A DNA stretch of 64,000 nucleotides from the human T2T-CHM13v2.0 reference genome, Homo sapiens. Positions 30,351 through 44,245 of this stretch are shown in pieces. The stretch is taken from assembly GCF_009914755.1 (NCBI RefSeq), contig NC_060928.1; one strand, written 5' to 3'. The translations under genes were made by a program, and so were the position numbers. The stretch's first letter is position 1. Every line of letters starts with the position of its first letter. Under the pieces are notes generated by a model. It searched no databases. It was given only the letters and a program-made list of their open reading frames with translations, and had not been told where the DNA came from.

Positions 30351-30870
30351 AAAGGGTTGCCATTAACTCCTCGTGGCTTCAGGAGGCATCTCAGGGTTCC
30401 AAAAAAATGCTCTGATATATTTTCAAAGTATTATTTTTTACAGTTAAGTTCTATAAGACAAATATAATTGTATTTTGCTTTTTAATTCAATTTGATCCTC
30501 TGTCTTTAAGTAAATGGTTTACTCTATTCATCTTGATTAGAAATTTGGACTCATTTCTACCATCTTTGTATTACTTATTTGTCCTCCCCCTCTTTCCTAG
30601 TGTGCTTATTTTTTCTCTTTTTTTCTTCTTTTGAATTGACGTGGTCTCCCCAATCCCCATTTGATGTTTTCCCTCTACTCATTTTTAAGTACCTCGTCTA
30701 ACTTTTTTCATTTCATTGTTTTTCCAGAAATTTTAGCATGCTTATTTAACCTCATCAGTTCTAAGCTGAATATCTTTATTTTCCCTCTGAAAAATACAAT
30801 GACCTTACAATGGTTAATTCCAATAATCACACTCCTTCCTCACTTATATAATATTATTGGGGAAGATTTT

Positions 30871-31691
<821 letters not shown>

Positions 31692-34179
31692 TCCTTTCAC
31701 ATTTTATTTCTATCTTAAGTTTTTTTTTTCCTTTCCCAATTAGACAAGATAGTTACTGTTTTACAGTCAGTGATGGTTTAGATTTTTCCCACAGGCTTGC
31801 CATTGTTTTGCTTACCATAAGTTCTTCATATGGTACTACTTCTGACTTTTCCACTATGATCCTTTTCTCTCTTAAAGGAGAAGTTTTAGACATTCCTTTA
31901 GTTAAATTCTATTGTCAGTAAAATCTCAGTTCTTGTTTACCCCAAAAAAGCATTTCTTTCTGTTTCTGAAAAATAAAATTTTGCTCAGTATAGAATTATA
32001 GGTTAATAGATATTTTCTTTCATATTTTGGCTATATCATTCTACTATCACCTGACTTCCACTGCAGTTATTAAAAGTCACCTGTCATTTAAGTAGTCACT
32101 CTTTTGTTTATCATCAAATTGTTTTCCTGCTGGAGGTTTTTATGTAATTATGATTGTAATTAATTACATTAAAACTTTTCCGAATGAAATCTTTGCATTG
32201 CTGGAATAACTCTGCATACAATGATTCTAATAATATACCTTTGGATGCTATTTACTAATACATATCTAGGATATTTACTTCATATCAGGATTTGCATTTC
32301 CTTTACCCTTTGCATAGAAGGATCTGCAATCCTCGTGTCTGGCTTCTTCTTGTCAATCAGGTGTCAGCATGAGTGTACCTTTTTTCACCGGGCCTTTCCT
32401 TTCCAAGCAATCTAACAATAGCCTCCCTTCAGTCTTCATAACATCACCCTTTTTACATTTGTTTCAGAATTCTCACAACTACAATCATCCTACCAATATG
32501 CTTGCTAATGTGTCTGCTTCTGTAGCTTTCCGTTCTCCTCTCCAAACCTACGTGAATGCAGAATGTTCCCACAGGGCCCTCTTTGTTCCTTATGGAAAAG
32601 GGCACAAAGTTTCTTTGTCCTGGAAGCTTATACAAAATCAGAGGATTCGTAATTAGAGGATTACTGACTTTTATCATTTCTTTTAACTTGGGGTTTGGGG
32701 AGGATGCACATCAGTATATGTCAAGAAACCGCCTGGGTCACAATTTCTTACTTTATTTTTTAAATGTTATTAAATATGTATTTTTAAATTTAAAACAGGA
32801 ATAAACAGTATGATCTCATTTTTCATAAAATAAAAATATTTTTATGTTCAGATATTTTATTCATATTCATATGAGTCTGAAGATAGTACTGTAAAGTGGA
32901 GAGTGATTGTTTCAGTCTGTTATAGCTTTTTCCCCAAAGCTTTATGCATATAGGTAAGTTTTGCTTCTTTTTTCATGTTTTACTAAATTTATAAAATAAT
33001 AAAAATTAGAAATTCACCAAGGATCCCATCAACCAAATAAATACATACTTACATAGAAAATTAATTGCCCCCCAAATCTCTTTCTTTCTTACTTAACTCT
33101 TATAAATATAGATTTAGCTTTTTGTGAATTATATGAAACTGAGCTTCCAGCTTTTATTAAACCTTCCCCAATTCTACTCAGGCCTCTAAAACACAACCTC
33201 CTATCTGCCAATTGTTCTTTATGTAATTTTTTGCCACGTCATGAATTGGCAAGTACCAGAACCAAAGGTACCCCTTAATCACATGTGCGACTAAGGAAAT
33301 TGACATAACTTTTTGCCTTGGGAATCTTCAAACCTTCATGCCCAGATATCTCAGAAAGCACTGTTGCAGTCTTCCATCGGATTGTATATCAAAACAATGA
33401 ATGTGTAGCACAAGAGAGCTTAACCCTGCACATTTTCTCTGAACAGGGCCATAAAGAAAGAGTACCCATAAAAAGAGGTTTATATAACTGAATTTCATGG
33501 GGAAACAGGAATATATTCTTTTTTATGAGAAATTCTTATGCCTTGGAGCCTGATTGTAAGGCACTGAATTTCATTTCAATTCTTATTACTGGAAAAAAAT
33601 AAAAGATGGATTGTTCTCTGAACTAATGAAACTCAAATGGCTAGCAGATTGAGCTCTGATACCTTTGCTCCAGTTTTTTGAAGTATTTGCAATGCAAATA
33701 ACTGTTCAAGATTCCTTTGGCTACACTAACATTTGTGTGTGTTGTGCCAAATAAAATAGCTATTTATGTGTTTAAGGGAGAGTATTTCTTGTTCTGTATG
33801 TGCACACCTGGGCTCACTTCCCTTGAGAAGATGCCTCAACAGTGCTAGTATAACAAGACAATAACAGCGAAATAATAGAGATTTATAGTGATTGTCCAGA
33901 AGTCAACAGGGGATGGCTCACACAGTGAGTGTAACCATAACAAGTGTCAGTTTTTTCAAGCAGAAAACAAAAGCAAAGCTGTTTGATGCAGTCTAAGTTT
34001 GAGCCAGAAAGCCACGCTGAATCTACAGGCTAGATTCATGGCATGCTCTTGCTCCTGGGATTAAAAAAAGAGGAAAAAGAATCATAAAATATTAAACTGT
34101 AAACCCTACAACCCAAATTGCATGTAAAACTCTTATTTTTAATGAAAACATCATGATTTTTCATTGCTGATGATGCTTC

Positions 34180-34545
34180 CTAAAGGTCTAAACCAGTCCA
34201 CAGATTTTTTTTTTTTCGTCTCTGTCGCCCAGGCTGGAGTGCAGTAGTGCGATCTCGGCTCACTGAGACCTCGCCTCCAGGATTCAAGGGATTCTCCTGC
34301 CTCAGCCTCCCAAGTAGCTGGGATTACAGGCGCCCCGCACCAAGCCCAGCTAATTTCTTTTTTTATTCTTATTTTTAGTAGAGATGCAGATGTGTTTTGT
34401 TTGACCCATGCAGTAATAAGGAAATCAGAACGTCTCCACATTTAAAAGTCTAGATTTTCAGCTTCTTTGAATTGAGAGGATTTAGCAAATTCAAAATCAT
34501 GCATGCATGGTAACCATCAGATGGGGCTGAGTAACAGCTGTCCAT
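34180..34545 (+). mobile_element. MER103C-like hAT-Charlie element interrupted by an Alu right arm
   Basis: cagatgtgttttgtttgaccc...tctagattttcagcttctttgaa...gcatggtaaccatcagatggggctgagtaacagctg. Confidence 0.65.
34205..34387 (-). mobile_element. 5'-truncated AluS (right arm plus linker)
   Basis: poly-T, tctgtcgcccaggctggagtgcag...tttttagtagagatg; cagat repeated on both flanks. Confidence 0.85.
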
Positions 34546-35989
34546 ATTTTAGCTATTTCTTTTCTAGTTGAGCACATTCTCCTCTACTCCCTATTGTCTT
34601 TCATCTCCTACTCCTTTACTAATTTACATACAGTCTTTACTTGTCTGGCCCCTTTGCACTCAAGTCTGCATTCTCAATACAAATAAGTCCTCTACTATTA
34701 CTACGGAGTCGGTTTTATCATCAAGGACTTTACATCTCAGGAAAAGCTCTGAGATAGATATTATGGTGTGAAATAATTTGCAGTGCAAATTACCTTAGGC
34801 TTAGAGGTTTTGAAATGACTTATCCATGTATATTAAGACATGCCTTTGAAGGGAAACTAGAATAAAGATAAATTAGATTCACTCTTCATATGAGGTAAAT
34901 TTTCCAATCTTAGAATTTGGAAGAGAATGGTATCATGACATAATGAAATCGTCCAGAGCCCCGTACTAACTCTGGGTCAGCTTTAGGCAGATTATTTTAT
35001 TTATCTGGGTCTCAGATTCCTCATCCTTAAAGTAACTGTGTCTGATGTAATGAGGGCCCCTTCCCACTCTTGATTTCTGTATGAATCCCGACTAAGAGGA
35101 AAGAAGTATCTCTTTCTTAACCCTTCCTGGCTCCAGAGAGCAAATGTAAAAGGAAACAACATATTTATGTCCACCTTCTAGTTGTTCAGTAGCCTTTCTA
35201 AAGGGAAAAAATCTATTTAACCAGTATTTTCCAGTAAAATAATTACTCCTGTCTTTAAATCATCTTGAATCCTCATCATCTAGCACTAGAAACCATGCTA
35301 TAAGACATATCGAAGATCTGAAAGACTGCCCCAGTGTCCAGATTCCAGGGATATCTCCAATAAATTATAGATATGCCAACCATAACTTTCTAACAACTAT
35401 CATGATGATTATTGTTTATTGACATTTTACTAGGGTTTCTGCCAAGCATATCACATGCATCTTCCTATTTAATTCCAGATACCACTTCATAAACACAGGA
35501 GCCATTCATGTCTATGCATCTCTATGTTTCCTCTTAAACGTCATTGTCAATACCACATTATGGAACCATATCACTGATGCTTAGAAATGGAAAAACATAA
35601 ATCCAGGATGGGACAAAAAGCTTACCTACTGTATAGAACAACCATGAAATCTTAGTGCCTGGTTATGAATTTTAAGAGTTTATAACTGTCCATTCCATCT
35701 CCATTTTATTTGTACACTCCAGTCACTTGTCTTTCTACCAATATATACTTCTTGTGTACACACACAAAAAAACCTTGTAAATATTGACTTAAATTTGTTT
35801 AAAAACACTTTTTATCCTGTTTCAAATTTGTTTCTCTAAATGCATATATTAATATTTAGTACAGAATTCACTACACAATTACTTGGGATAGAAAAGAAAC
35901 TAATAACAAAGAAATTATTACTTTGATTATCCTCAGGTCTCTTGAAGAAATCACTTAAAAATGTGAAGCCTTACTTTCATCAGATACAG

Positions 35990-36326
35990 CAGAATCAGTA
36001 AATGATTTCTGTAAGGGGCCAGATAGTACAATAAATATTTTGGACTTTCCATAGCACAGTGTCTCTGCTGTAACTACTCAATTCTGTCGTTATAGCATTG
36101 AAGCAGCCATGGATAATATGGAAATGAATGAATATAGCTATGTGCCAATAAGACTTTATTTACAGAAATTTCAATTTTATAAGATTTCACATGTCATTAA
36201 ATGTTATTCTTCTTTTGATTTTTCCCAACCATTTAAAAATTTGAAAACCATTTTAAACTCACTGGGTGTAAAATACGTTCCATACAAGGGCTATATTGGC
36301 CTACAAGCCATAGTTTGCCAAACTTG
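35990..36326. mobile_element. MER58B (hAT-Charlie) inserted in a MIR
   Basis: tttctgtaaggggccagatagta...gccatagtttgccaaacttg; 8-bp TSD agatacag (35982-35989) / aaatacag (36327-36334). Confidence 0.85.
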
Positions 36327-36849
36327 AAATACAGAATGAAGGTAAAACAACTTAGCTTATAGAGTTGTTGCGAATATATGCATATTAACCTATGTAAACT
36401 GCCTTATGGAGTATATATAATACAACAGGCCCTCAATACATAGCTTTTATTTGTAATTCTTAATATATATAAGATTTTTTTCTTTAGTTTAAGCTATGCT
36501 CTTTTATAATTAAAAAAACTTAATGGTAGATAGCAAGTATTACATTAAGATAATTCTAATAGAATTAGAAAAATAAAATTTAAGATGTCTTATTACTGCT
36601 TATTTAATAAAGATTGTGTTAGCAAATGGTGTTTTATAGTTCTAGGTTAGACAATCTGTTATCATAATTTTTATATTAGGTCTGTATGATTTGTTTTCTA
36701 AATATTTTGAATATTCATAAAACAACTTACTCATCACTGTGACAACCTTAAGTCATTATGGGTCGTCACAGTGAGGAGAGAGCCTCAGGGTCTCACAAAT
36801 AGTTAAAATCTCAAGAGGGGTGTCATAATTTATGGTTATCCAAGTACCT

Positions 36850-38310
36850 TTTTAAAAGGAGGGTTACGGTAAGCCATGTGCCTTTACACTCTATCAATAA
36901 CATCTATTACTCTACTCGGCAATTCTATTGAAGAATGTCTGTGAGGGTTGTGTCCACCAGGGGGAGCTGAGATGCAGTGTTAATGTTCTCAATCTTTCAC
37001 TAAGCATAATCAGCAATAGTTGGTAGAAGCTTCTCTATGAAGAACCATTTCCATCAAAGGTAATTTTATAATCATTAAAATGAAGAAAATCCATTGTTCT
37101 TAGACTAAAAAGAATACACCCAGCTCTTGTTGTTGTCAAATTTGTAGATGACACAAAGATGATGATGAAAAGAAATATATTAGATGACACAATCAAGATG
37201 ACAAAATATACAGGCCGTCATTTTGAATTTGTATCAAGATTCTCCAGAGAAACAGAACAAACAGGATATCTGTATGTGTATGTGTATTACATACATATTA
37301 TGTATTATATATATATATAAAATACATAATACACACACACATATCCTATTGTGTGTGTGTATGTGTGTATTATACACATCCATGTTTCTTTTAAGGAATT
37401 GGCTCACACAATTATAGAGGCTTGGTAAATCCAAAATCTGCAGGGTAGTCCGGCAGGGTGGAGACAGGAAAAAGTTGATGTTGCAGTTCAACTCTGAAGA
37501 ACATCTGCCTGCTGAATTACTTCTTACTCGGGAAATCCGTCTGTTCTATTGAGGCCTTCAACTGATTAGATGAAGCCCATCCACTAATAGAGGGTAATCT
37601 ATTTTACTCAAAATCTAATGTTAAGTCTAAATGTTAATCTCATCTAAAAACACCTTCATTGAATGTCCACAATGTTTAACCACATATCTGGGCACTGTGA
37701 CCCAGTGAAGTTGACACATAAAATTAACCATCAAAGGCCTGAATACAGCAAGAAAAAAAAAATTTAAGAGATGCAACTTGTAAGGGAAGAAAAAGTTTCC
37801 CTGCTCTAAACCTGGTCAAACCTTTCCTGGTGTCGTGTTCAAGTCTTGACAAGATGTTCTAAGAAGTGCCTAGAGACACTTGGATCATAATTACATCAGC
37901 ACAGAGCAAAGCACTTTTGATAATGAAGGGACTTAAAACCATAACATGGGTAAGATGGCTAAGGGGAAGAAGAATGTTTAATTTTTTTAAAAAAATTAGA
38001 GTTTTGGAAGGGATACAATAACTATCTTCAAACAGTTGGGGAATTTTCAAGTGGAGTTTTTCTGGTTAATCTAAATATCCAAAGACAAATGCTGAATCCA
38101 GTCCAGAGACTACATGCTACAAAGAGATTGATTTCTTACCAACATTAACAAAAAGTATTTAACAGACAGTCATTAAAAGATAGAATACAAATACAGCAGA
38201 GATAGATGGCAGGTAGAGTCTGCCTTGCTGCACATGTACAAACTTGGAATGGAAGACCACATGGAGAAAATGTTCTAAAGGAGATTTGATTACCACATTG
38301 ATGATTTGAC
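36850..38310 (+). mobile_element. L3/CR1 LINE remnant, split by MLT2
   Basis: aaatttgtagatgacacaaag (~37138-37160) encodes KFVDDTK, the CR1 RT motif (consensus KFADDTK). Downstream CR1-like sequence includes ataactatcttcaaacagttg. Confidence 0.6.
37230..37733 (-). mobile_element. MLT2B-like ERVL solo LTR with internal TA/CA microsatellite
   Basis: ttctccagagaaacagaac...aaggaattggctcacacaattatagaggct...aagttgacacataaaattaaccatca. Confidence 0.88.
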
Positions 38311-38641
38311 CAAAATACTTTAAAAGAATCATTCTAACTTTGACTTTCATGTTTTTGTTTCTAACAAAATCTTGAGCTGGCTCATTGCCCATGCTGATGG
38401 TTTATAAATAATTTGTATTCTACAGAAAATATTCTAACCTAGGAATAATATATTTCTAGGACCTAGGAAAGTTAATTATAAGACTTGATGAGCCTGAAAA
38501 AACGGGATACAGATGACAGAATTCTTCCTATATCAACATTTTCAATGAAAAAAGCACAATGAAATATAGCACAAAATTTTAATCTAGAATCTTCCTTTTC
38601 AAAATGTATCTTCCAAGTATTCTAATTAAAATGCTTTTCTT

Positions 38642-38944
38642 GGCCGGGTGTGGTGGCTCACTCCTATAATCCTAGCACTTTGGGAGGCCAAGGCAGGTGG
38701 ATCACCTGAGGTCAGGAGTTTGATACCAGCCTGGCCAACATGGCAAAACCCAGTCTCTACTAAAAACACAAAAATTAGCCAGGCGTGGTGGCAGGCACCT
38801 GTAATCCCAACTACTTCGGAGGCTGAGGCAGGAGAATTGCTTGAACCCGGGGAAGCGGAGGTCGCAGTGAGCTGAAATCATGCCACTTCACTTCAGCTTG
38901 GGTGAAAGTGAGAGACTCTGTCTTAAATAAATAAATAAATAAAA
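38642..38944 (+). mobile_element. AluSx/Sz with (TAAA)n tail
   Basis: Full dimer starting ggccgggtgtggtggctc, with cctggccaacatgg. Confidence 0.92.
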
Positions 38945-39361
38945 TTATTTTCTTCTATGATACCACCTGCCTCAAATTACTTTTAAATGAACTTTTTTTT
39001 TTTCCTGAAAAGTATAGTATGCACTTGGCTAGTGGCAGCTGTTCTCAATAATGAGGAGAGGCTCTACAGATTTTTTGCCAGGTTACAGTTTCCTGATTAC
39101 CGTGATTTTTGCCTCTGTGAGTTTTTTCAAGGCATCTGTAAATATGCAGGGAAAGAGACACAAGATTCTAGAGGAAGACAATTGAGTAATCTGTAGCCTA
39201 TTTACAGTTCAGCCAACAGGAGGACTTTCAAGCAGTCAACCCTTGTTGAAGTGCATAATACGGAGAATAAATGCTGAACTGGGGCCTTGGCACAGGGAAA
39301 AGCAAATTGTGACTGGGTGGAACAACATGCTGACATTCTGGAAACTTTTAAAATTATGATG

Positions 39362-39463
39362 AAAAAGTTAAAATTACTATTTAATTACTATTACTAAAAG
39401 TTATAGTTACTAAAATTTATTTACTACTAGTAAAATTTAAAAATTACTAATTTAAATTACTAT
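39362..39463 (+). repeat. Degenerate AT-rich tandem repeat (ttacta/aaaatt units)
   Basis: Repeated attacta/ttactaaaa motifs read directly. Confidence 0.7.
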
Positions 39464-39739
39464 TCCTCCATTTAGTAATTAAAGGGAAATGTTTGTATTC
39501 AGTGCCTTGTAGAAAAAAGTTATGGCAAAATGCTGAATTTCAAACTGTGAGAAAGTGGTGGAAGAGGTAGGTAATCCCTCTCTGCTGTCTATGACTTAAA
39601 AATTTGGCTAAATGGGGATGCCATTAAGTATAAAATCTCTGCCATAGCAAGTCTAGGATCTTTACTTTCTTTCCAATCTTTTTGAAGCAGTATTCTAGCA
39701 ATTTTCAAAAGACAAAAATTGTCACTTAAGTGGCCTGAT

Positions 39740-39960
39740 ATCTGCAGCCTCTACCATCCTAGACTGTGATATCACAACTCTCAATTCTTACCTAGAACAT
39801 TGCAATATTTAATGTCTCAGTACATATATCTGTCTTCCCTCACTAAACAGTAAATTCCTTCCAAGAAATAACGAGGTCCTATTGATCTTAGACTTGGCCT
39901 AACAAATCACTATGCATAGTAAGTGCCCAAACTTATGATTTAGAATGAATAAATAAATGT
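39740..39960 (+). mobile_element. L2 3' end
   Basis: tctgtcttccctcactaaacagtaaattccttc...catagtaagtgcccaaa...gaatgaataaataaatg. Confidence 0.6.
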
Positions 39961-42364
39961 ATAAACTCATAAATATAAAAATATATAATCTTGGATGACA
40001 GAGACCATCTTACTTATCTTTTCACACATTATATCCACATACAGTGTCTTGAACTGTTGGGATTTTTCCTGCACTACTAATTTTAAGAAAAACCTCCTGT
40101 ACTGTGCCTAAAGGGAAAATAGCTCTACTGAATTCTTTCATTTTCCAAATAAGAAATAAAATTATGTTGAACCTCTGGCAACAACAACACACAAAAAAAG
40201 AAAAATATTTACATCTGGATTGTATAGAGAACTTTTTAGAAGAATGAAGAGAAGATTATTAAATTAGGAAAAGGACTTTTTTTCCTTATGATGCCTGGAA
40301 TCCACACTCCAGCAGACAATATTTGCACCCTAGTTGACACTCAGTGTTAAGCACATGGTGTCTGAACACTTGCTAAACATCCCTGATTATGCTAACACCA
40401 CAGAACAGTCGAATCCCTAAAGCTCCAGGTATAGATTTCATTCCACATTGGACTAAGGGTAAATACTTTCACTACTTTGCTTCCTAAAAAAAAAAATGTG
40501 ATTAACTTTGATGGAAACAATGAATGTTCAACCCTGGAGCAATGTCCACTTTCCATTCTTTCTATGAGAATTGTTGGAATGAAGGAAAAGAAATAGCCCA
40601 GGAGCCTTTTAAGCATCCTTATTTTTCTCTGTCACAACATTAAAGGTTCAATGAATCTCCAATTAAGTCTCCCTGGCTGCTGTCACCAATTTGATTGATA
40701 GATGTCCTTGGCTAACCCTCCACAGGACATGCCAGTACACCAGGCCCCCACCTGCCACCATCAATTATCACTCTCTTGTCATCAGTGCCCTCACTTGTCA
40801 ATTTATTTGCCACAAATCCAGTGAAGCCTTCTAATCAGGAAAAAAAAAGAAAAGCCATTCTTCTTTACTTTTAATGGTGGAATAGGAAAAAAAAAAAAAA
40901 ACTTAACAAACCACATACTGTTTAATCTTAGGAGAAGGTTTGCTTTAGCCTTTTTCAATTTCTTTCCCCACACCATTCACCAAACTGGCATAGAAACTGG
41001 GTGTCATAGGGACTGATTTGTACACACATATAGCTAACCAAAGCCAAGAGAAAAATGGGAGATTTTAAAAAATATATACTTATAGAAATATAGACTTTTG
41101 ACTCTATGAATCCACCAAGCGTTTGCCAAGGGGAAAAAATTATTGAATGTCTTTCAAAATAGATATAAAGAAGCACAGATTAGAACTGATTAAAAAGAAT
41201 AAAGCAGTTCTTTGGTTGTTGGCAAAACTAGTAAACATGATAAATTTTGCTTGTCTCCTGCCCCACCTGTTTAATGTTTAAACGTGAGCTGATTGTGGTC
41301 CTTGATAACTGATTACCTGTCTAGGACACTGCAATCTTCTGTCTATTGACAGGAAAATATAGTTTCCCCTGAAGTGCCAATATCCATTCTTGCCTTTGAC
41401 CATGAACCACTCTGCAAACACCCGGGAAGGCTCAGGTGCATCTGACAGGCTCTTTGAGGGAGAGATTGATTCCATTTGTATGCCTGTTAGATAATGACCT
41501 TCGGCCTCTGTACCCAAAGTGACAATAAAAAACGCCATCTCATATTCATCTCATGTCCCAGGAAATACTATTTGGTTTCCTGTAAACAGTTTACAAGCTT
41601 TGGGTTTTCCAGTTGTTGGTTTGGTAGTTTTGTGTTGTTTTGCTCTCTTTTCTTTTTTTCATTTTTTTCTTTGTTTTTGTTTTCCTCATTGGACAGAAAG
41701 AAAAAATACAAGAGAGGAAAAAGAGAGATTATTTCATGAGATAAGAAAAGGTCTCATCTCATCACAGGTGAGATCATAGGAAGTCATTTTCTGGGTCTAA
41801 AGCATCTCCCAGGGATGACTGATGCTCTCCCTAGTCCATCTATTTTGCCATTTTGGTAGCACATTACTTATTACATCATTAAACATATATTCTGAAAAGA
41901 CTAACTTTGTTCATTCAAGAAGGTGTGAAATGAGCAGAGAGAGGAGGGAGATTATCTTTTTCTTCTCTCTTCTATATTTAAAGTTGTCCTTCCTGCTGTG
42001 ATCAAATCACAGAATGTGAACAAGCATCTATAGTGTCAAAATAATTGTAGTGCAGTGCTAAATGCCTATATGACTAAGAAGATATTGAACCAGTATTTGT
42101 AGGACTATAGTCCACCACTATTTGATGAATAGTTACTTTGTAAGGTCATTATATAGGTTCTTCCAAGGTCTATCCTTCCCCCAAAAGAGTGACGATAGTT
42201 AGGTAAATGGATTCTAAGTGTTTACTTTTGTTTTTAATTTACATTTTATCTATTAATGACCAGGCTAGGGACTTTTCACTGTTTTAAAATATTTCTCATC
42301 TTAATAGCTTCTGTTAAAGTAGTCTACCCTTAAGAAAAGGGATTCACTAAAGATAAAATTACCT

Positions 42365-42515
42365 ATGAAGTCAAATTATAAATATTATAAATATCCTTAA
42401 ATATATATCACTGAATTCTCCACAGGAGCCAATATTCCAACCCTACTTGTTAAGTCTTAAAATTGGTTCGAGAATAGATGACCATGAAGTTATTTGGGCT
42501 TAGTGATTATGAGCC
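42365..42515 (+). repeat. Copy 1 of a ~145-bp diverged direct duplication (partner 43760-43901)
   Basis: taaatatccttaaatatatatcactgaattctccacaggagccaatattccaa versus taaatatccttaaatatttatggctgaattttgcacagtagctaatattccaa. Confidence 0.85.
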
Positions 42516-43423
42516 TGACTTACAAAACTCATATGTCATTCTTCATATAGGAATTTCTGGCACAAGAAATGCACAATGAAGTGATGTTTCCATCAAAGTC
42601 TAATCCAGGTTATATGGCCGCACAGTCACTAATTATAGCCTTGCCCAGTTCATGCAACCTGAGATGTTTAGAAATTGAATACAATTTCCATACCAGAACA
42701 CATTTAGTATACCCCCAGTTATACAAAGTAACTGATTTTTCCAGTTCATCTTTGAATAATTTGAAGTCTCCCTTTCCTTTGGGGACTCTTTGACACTTGA
42801 TTTCTTCTCAGATCTGAATGTTAATGGTGATATTTGCTTTTGGTGATACAAAAATATTCTAGATCATATTGCTCCTTCTCATTATATATTATATATTAAA
42901 ACAATATTGATTTACCATCTGTCTCCAAAAGTCCTCTCTTTATTGTACTGACAAAAAAGTTATAAAAATATTTTAGCTCTCATTTATTGATATAAATGCA
43001 GTGATTCCATTATACGTTTACTCTATCCCCTTTACCAAGTTTCTAAGCATACAAATGCTTTTATCATTTATGATTCTTTTATATTTAATATACATTATCT
43101 TTTGTATAGTGCACAGCAGAAAAAAAAGTTCTTTTTAAAAATTAATAATTAATCATTCAAGTGACTATCCCCAGGAGTCTATGGAACCATTGTCAATTGT
43201 GCTCAGATACTTTTCTGGTTTAGACAGCAATTGCTGCAGTCCTTAAGTATCAACCATCTTAATATTCAAGGGCTCCTTGTTAGCTTGCTGCAAGGACCAC
43301 TCGTTTCTCTTAACTGTAGTTTTAAATTTTTTAACCACAAGAGAAATCCACAAGTCCTATGTAAACAACAGTTCTGAGCCTATATTTAAGCAATACTTTC
43401 TAGGAACAAGCAGTTTCTTAGAG

Positions 43424-43580
43424 CACTGCTTCTTTGGCTTAATGTGCATGTAAATCACCTGGGCATCTTGTTAAAATGTAGATTCTAACTCAGCAAATTA
43501 AAAGTGGGACCTGAGATTCTGCATTTCTAACAAGCTCCTAGGTAATATCGATGCTGTTGGTCCACAGACCACACTTTGAG
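43424..43580. mobile_element. MER5A (hAT-Charlie)
   Basis: aatcacctgggcatcttgttaaaatgtagattct...gtgggacctgagattctgcatttctaacaagctcc...gaccacactttgag. Confidence 0.85.
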
Positions 43581-43759
43581 ATTCAACCTCTCATAACACA
43601 AATAGTATACATTCAATTTTGTAAGATGACCATACCCACTACCCCATGGAATTGGTTTGATGAATTTTCTAGACTAGCCTAATCTAAACATTGAACATTT
43701 AGACCTCAGATTTCCTTTTTAATTCTAAACAACAAATAGTAAATATATTTTAATGGAGC

Positions 43760-43901
43760 ATGAAACCAAGTTGTAAATATCCTTAAATATTTATGGCTGA
43801 ATTTTGCACAGTAGCTAATATTCCAATTCTAAGTGTTAAATTGTGAAATTAGGTCAATAACAGAAGATCATGAAGTTGTTTGGCCTTATTAATCACGTGC
43901 C
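43760..43901 (+). repeat. Copy 2 of a ~145-bp diverged direct duplication (partner 42365-42515)
   Basis: Also gatcatgaagttgtttggcctta versus gaccatgaagttatttgggctta. Confidence 0.85.
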
Positions 43902-44059
43902 ACTAAACTAAACTAAAAATCCTAACATGCAAGTGGCATAGTAGTTGCTAAATCTAAATTAAACCCGAAGATACAGTGCAAGTAGCATATAGTTGTTAAA
44001 TCTCTATCTGTTGACAACTTAAGATATTTTATCTCCTCTTTTATTTTGTTCTCCATAAG

Positions 44060-44245
44060 ACTGCTTCTGAAATATCAGTATGCACAAGAGTCCTCTAAGG
44101 AGTTTGTTAAAGGGGCAAATTACAAAGCCCAAATCCCCAACACTGATTCAGTAAGATGGGATAGAGCCTGAGAACCTGGATTTTCCAGCCCTCAAATGGA
44201 CCTTGCACAGGCAATGAGCAAATCACTCTTTGAGATATACTGCCA
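44060..44245. mobile_element. MER5A/B-like hAT element
   Basis: ctgattcagtaagatgggatagagcctgagaacctggattt...cactctttgagatatactg. Confidence 0.55.
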
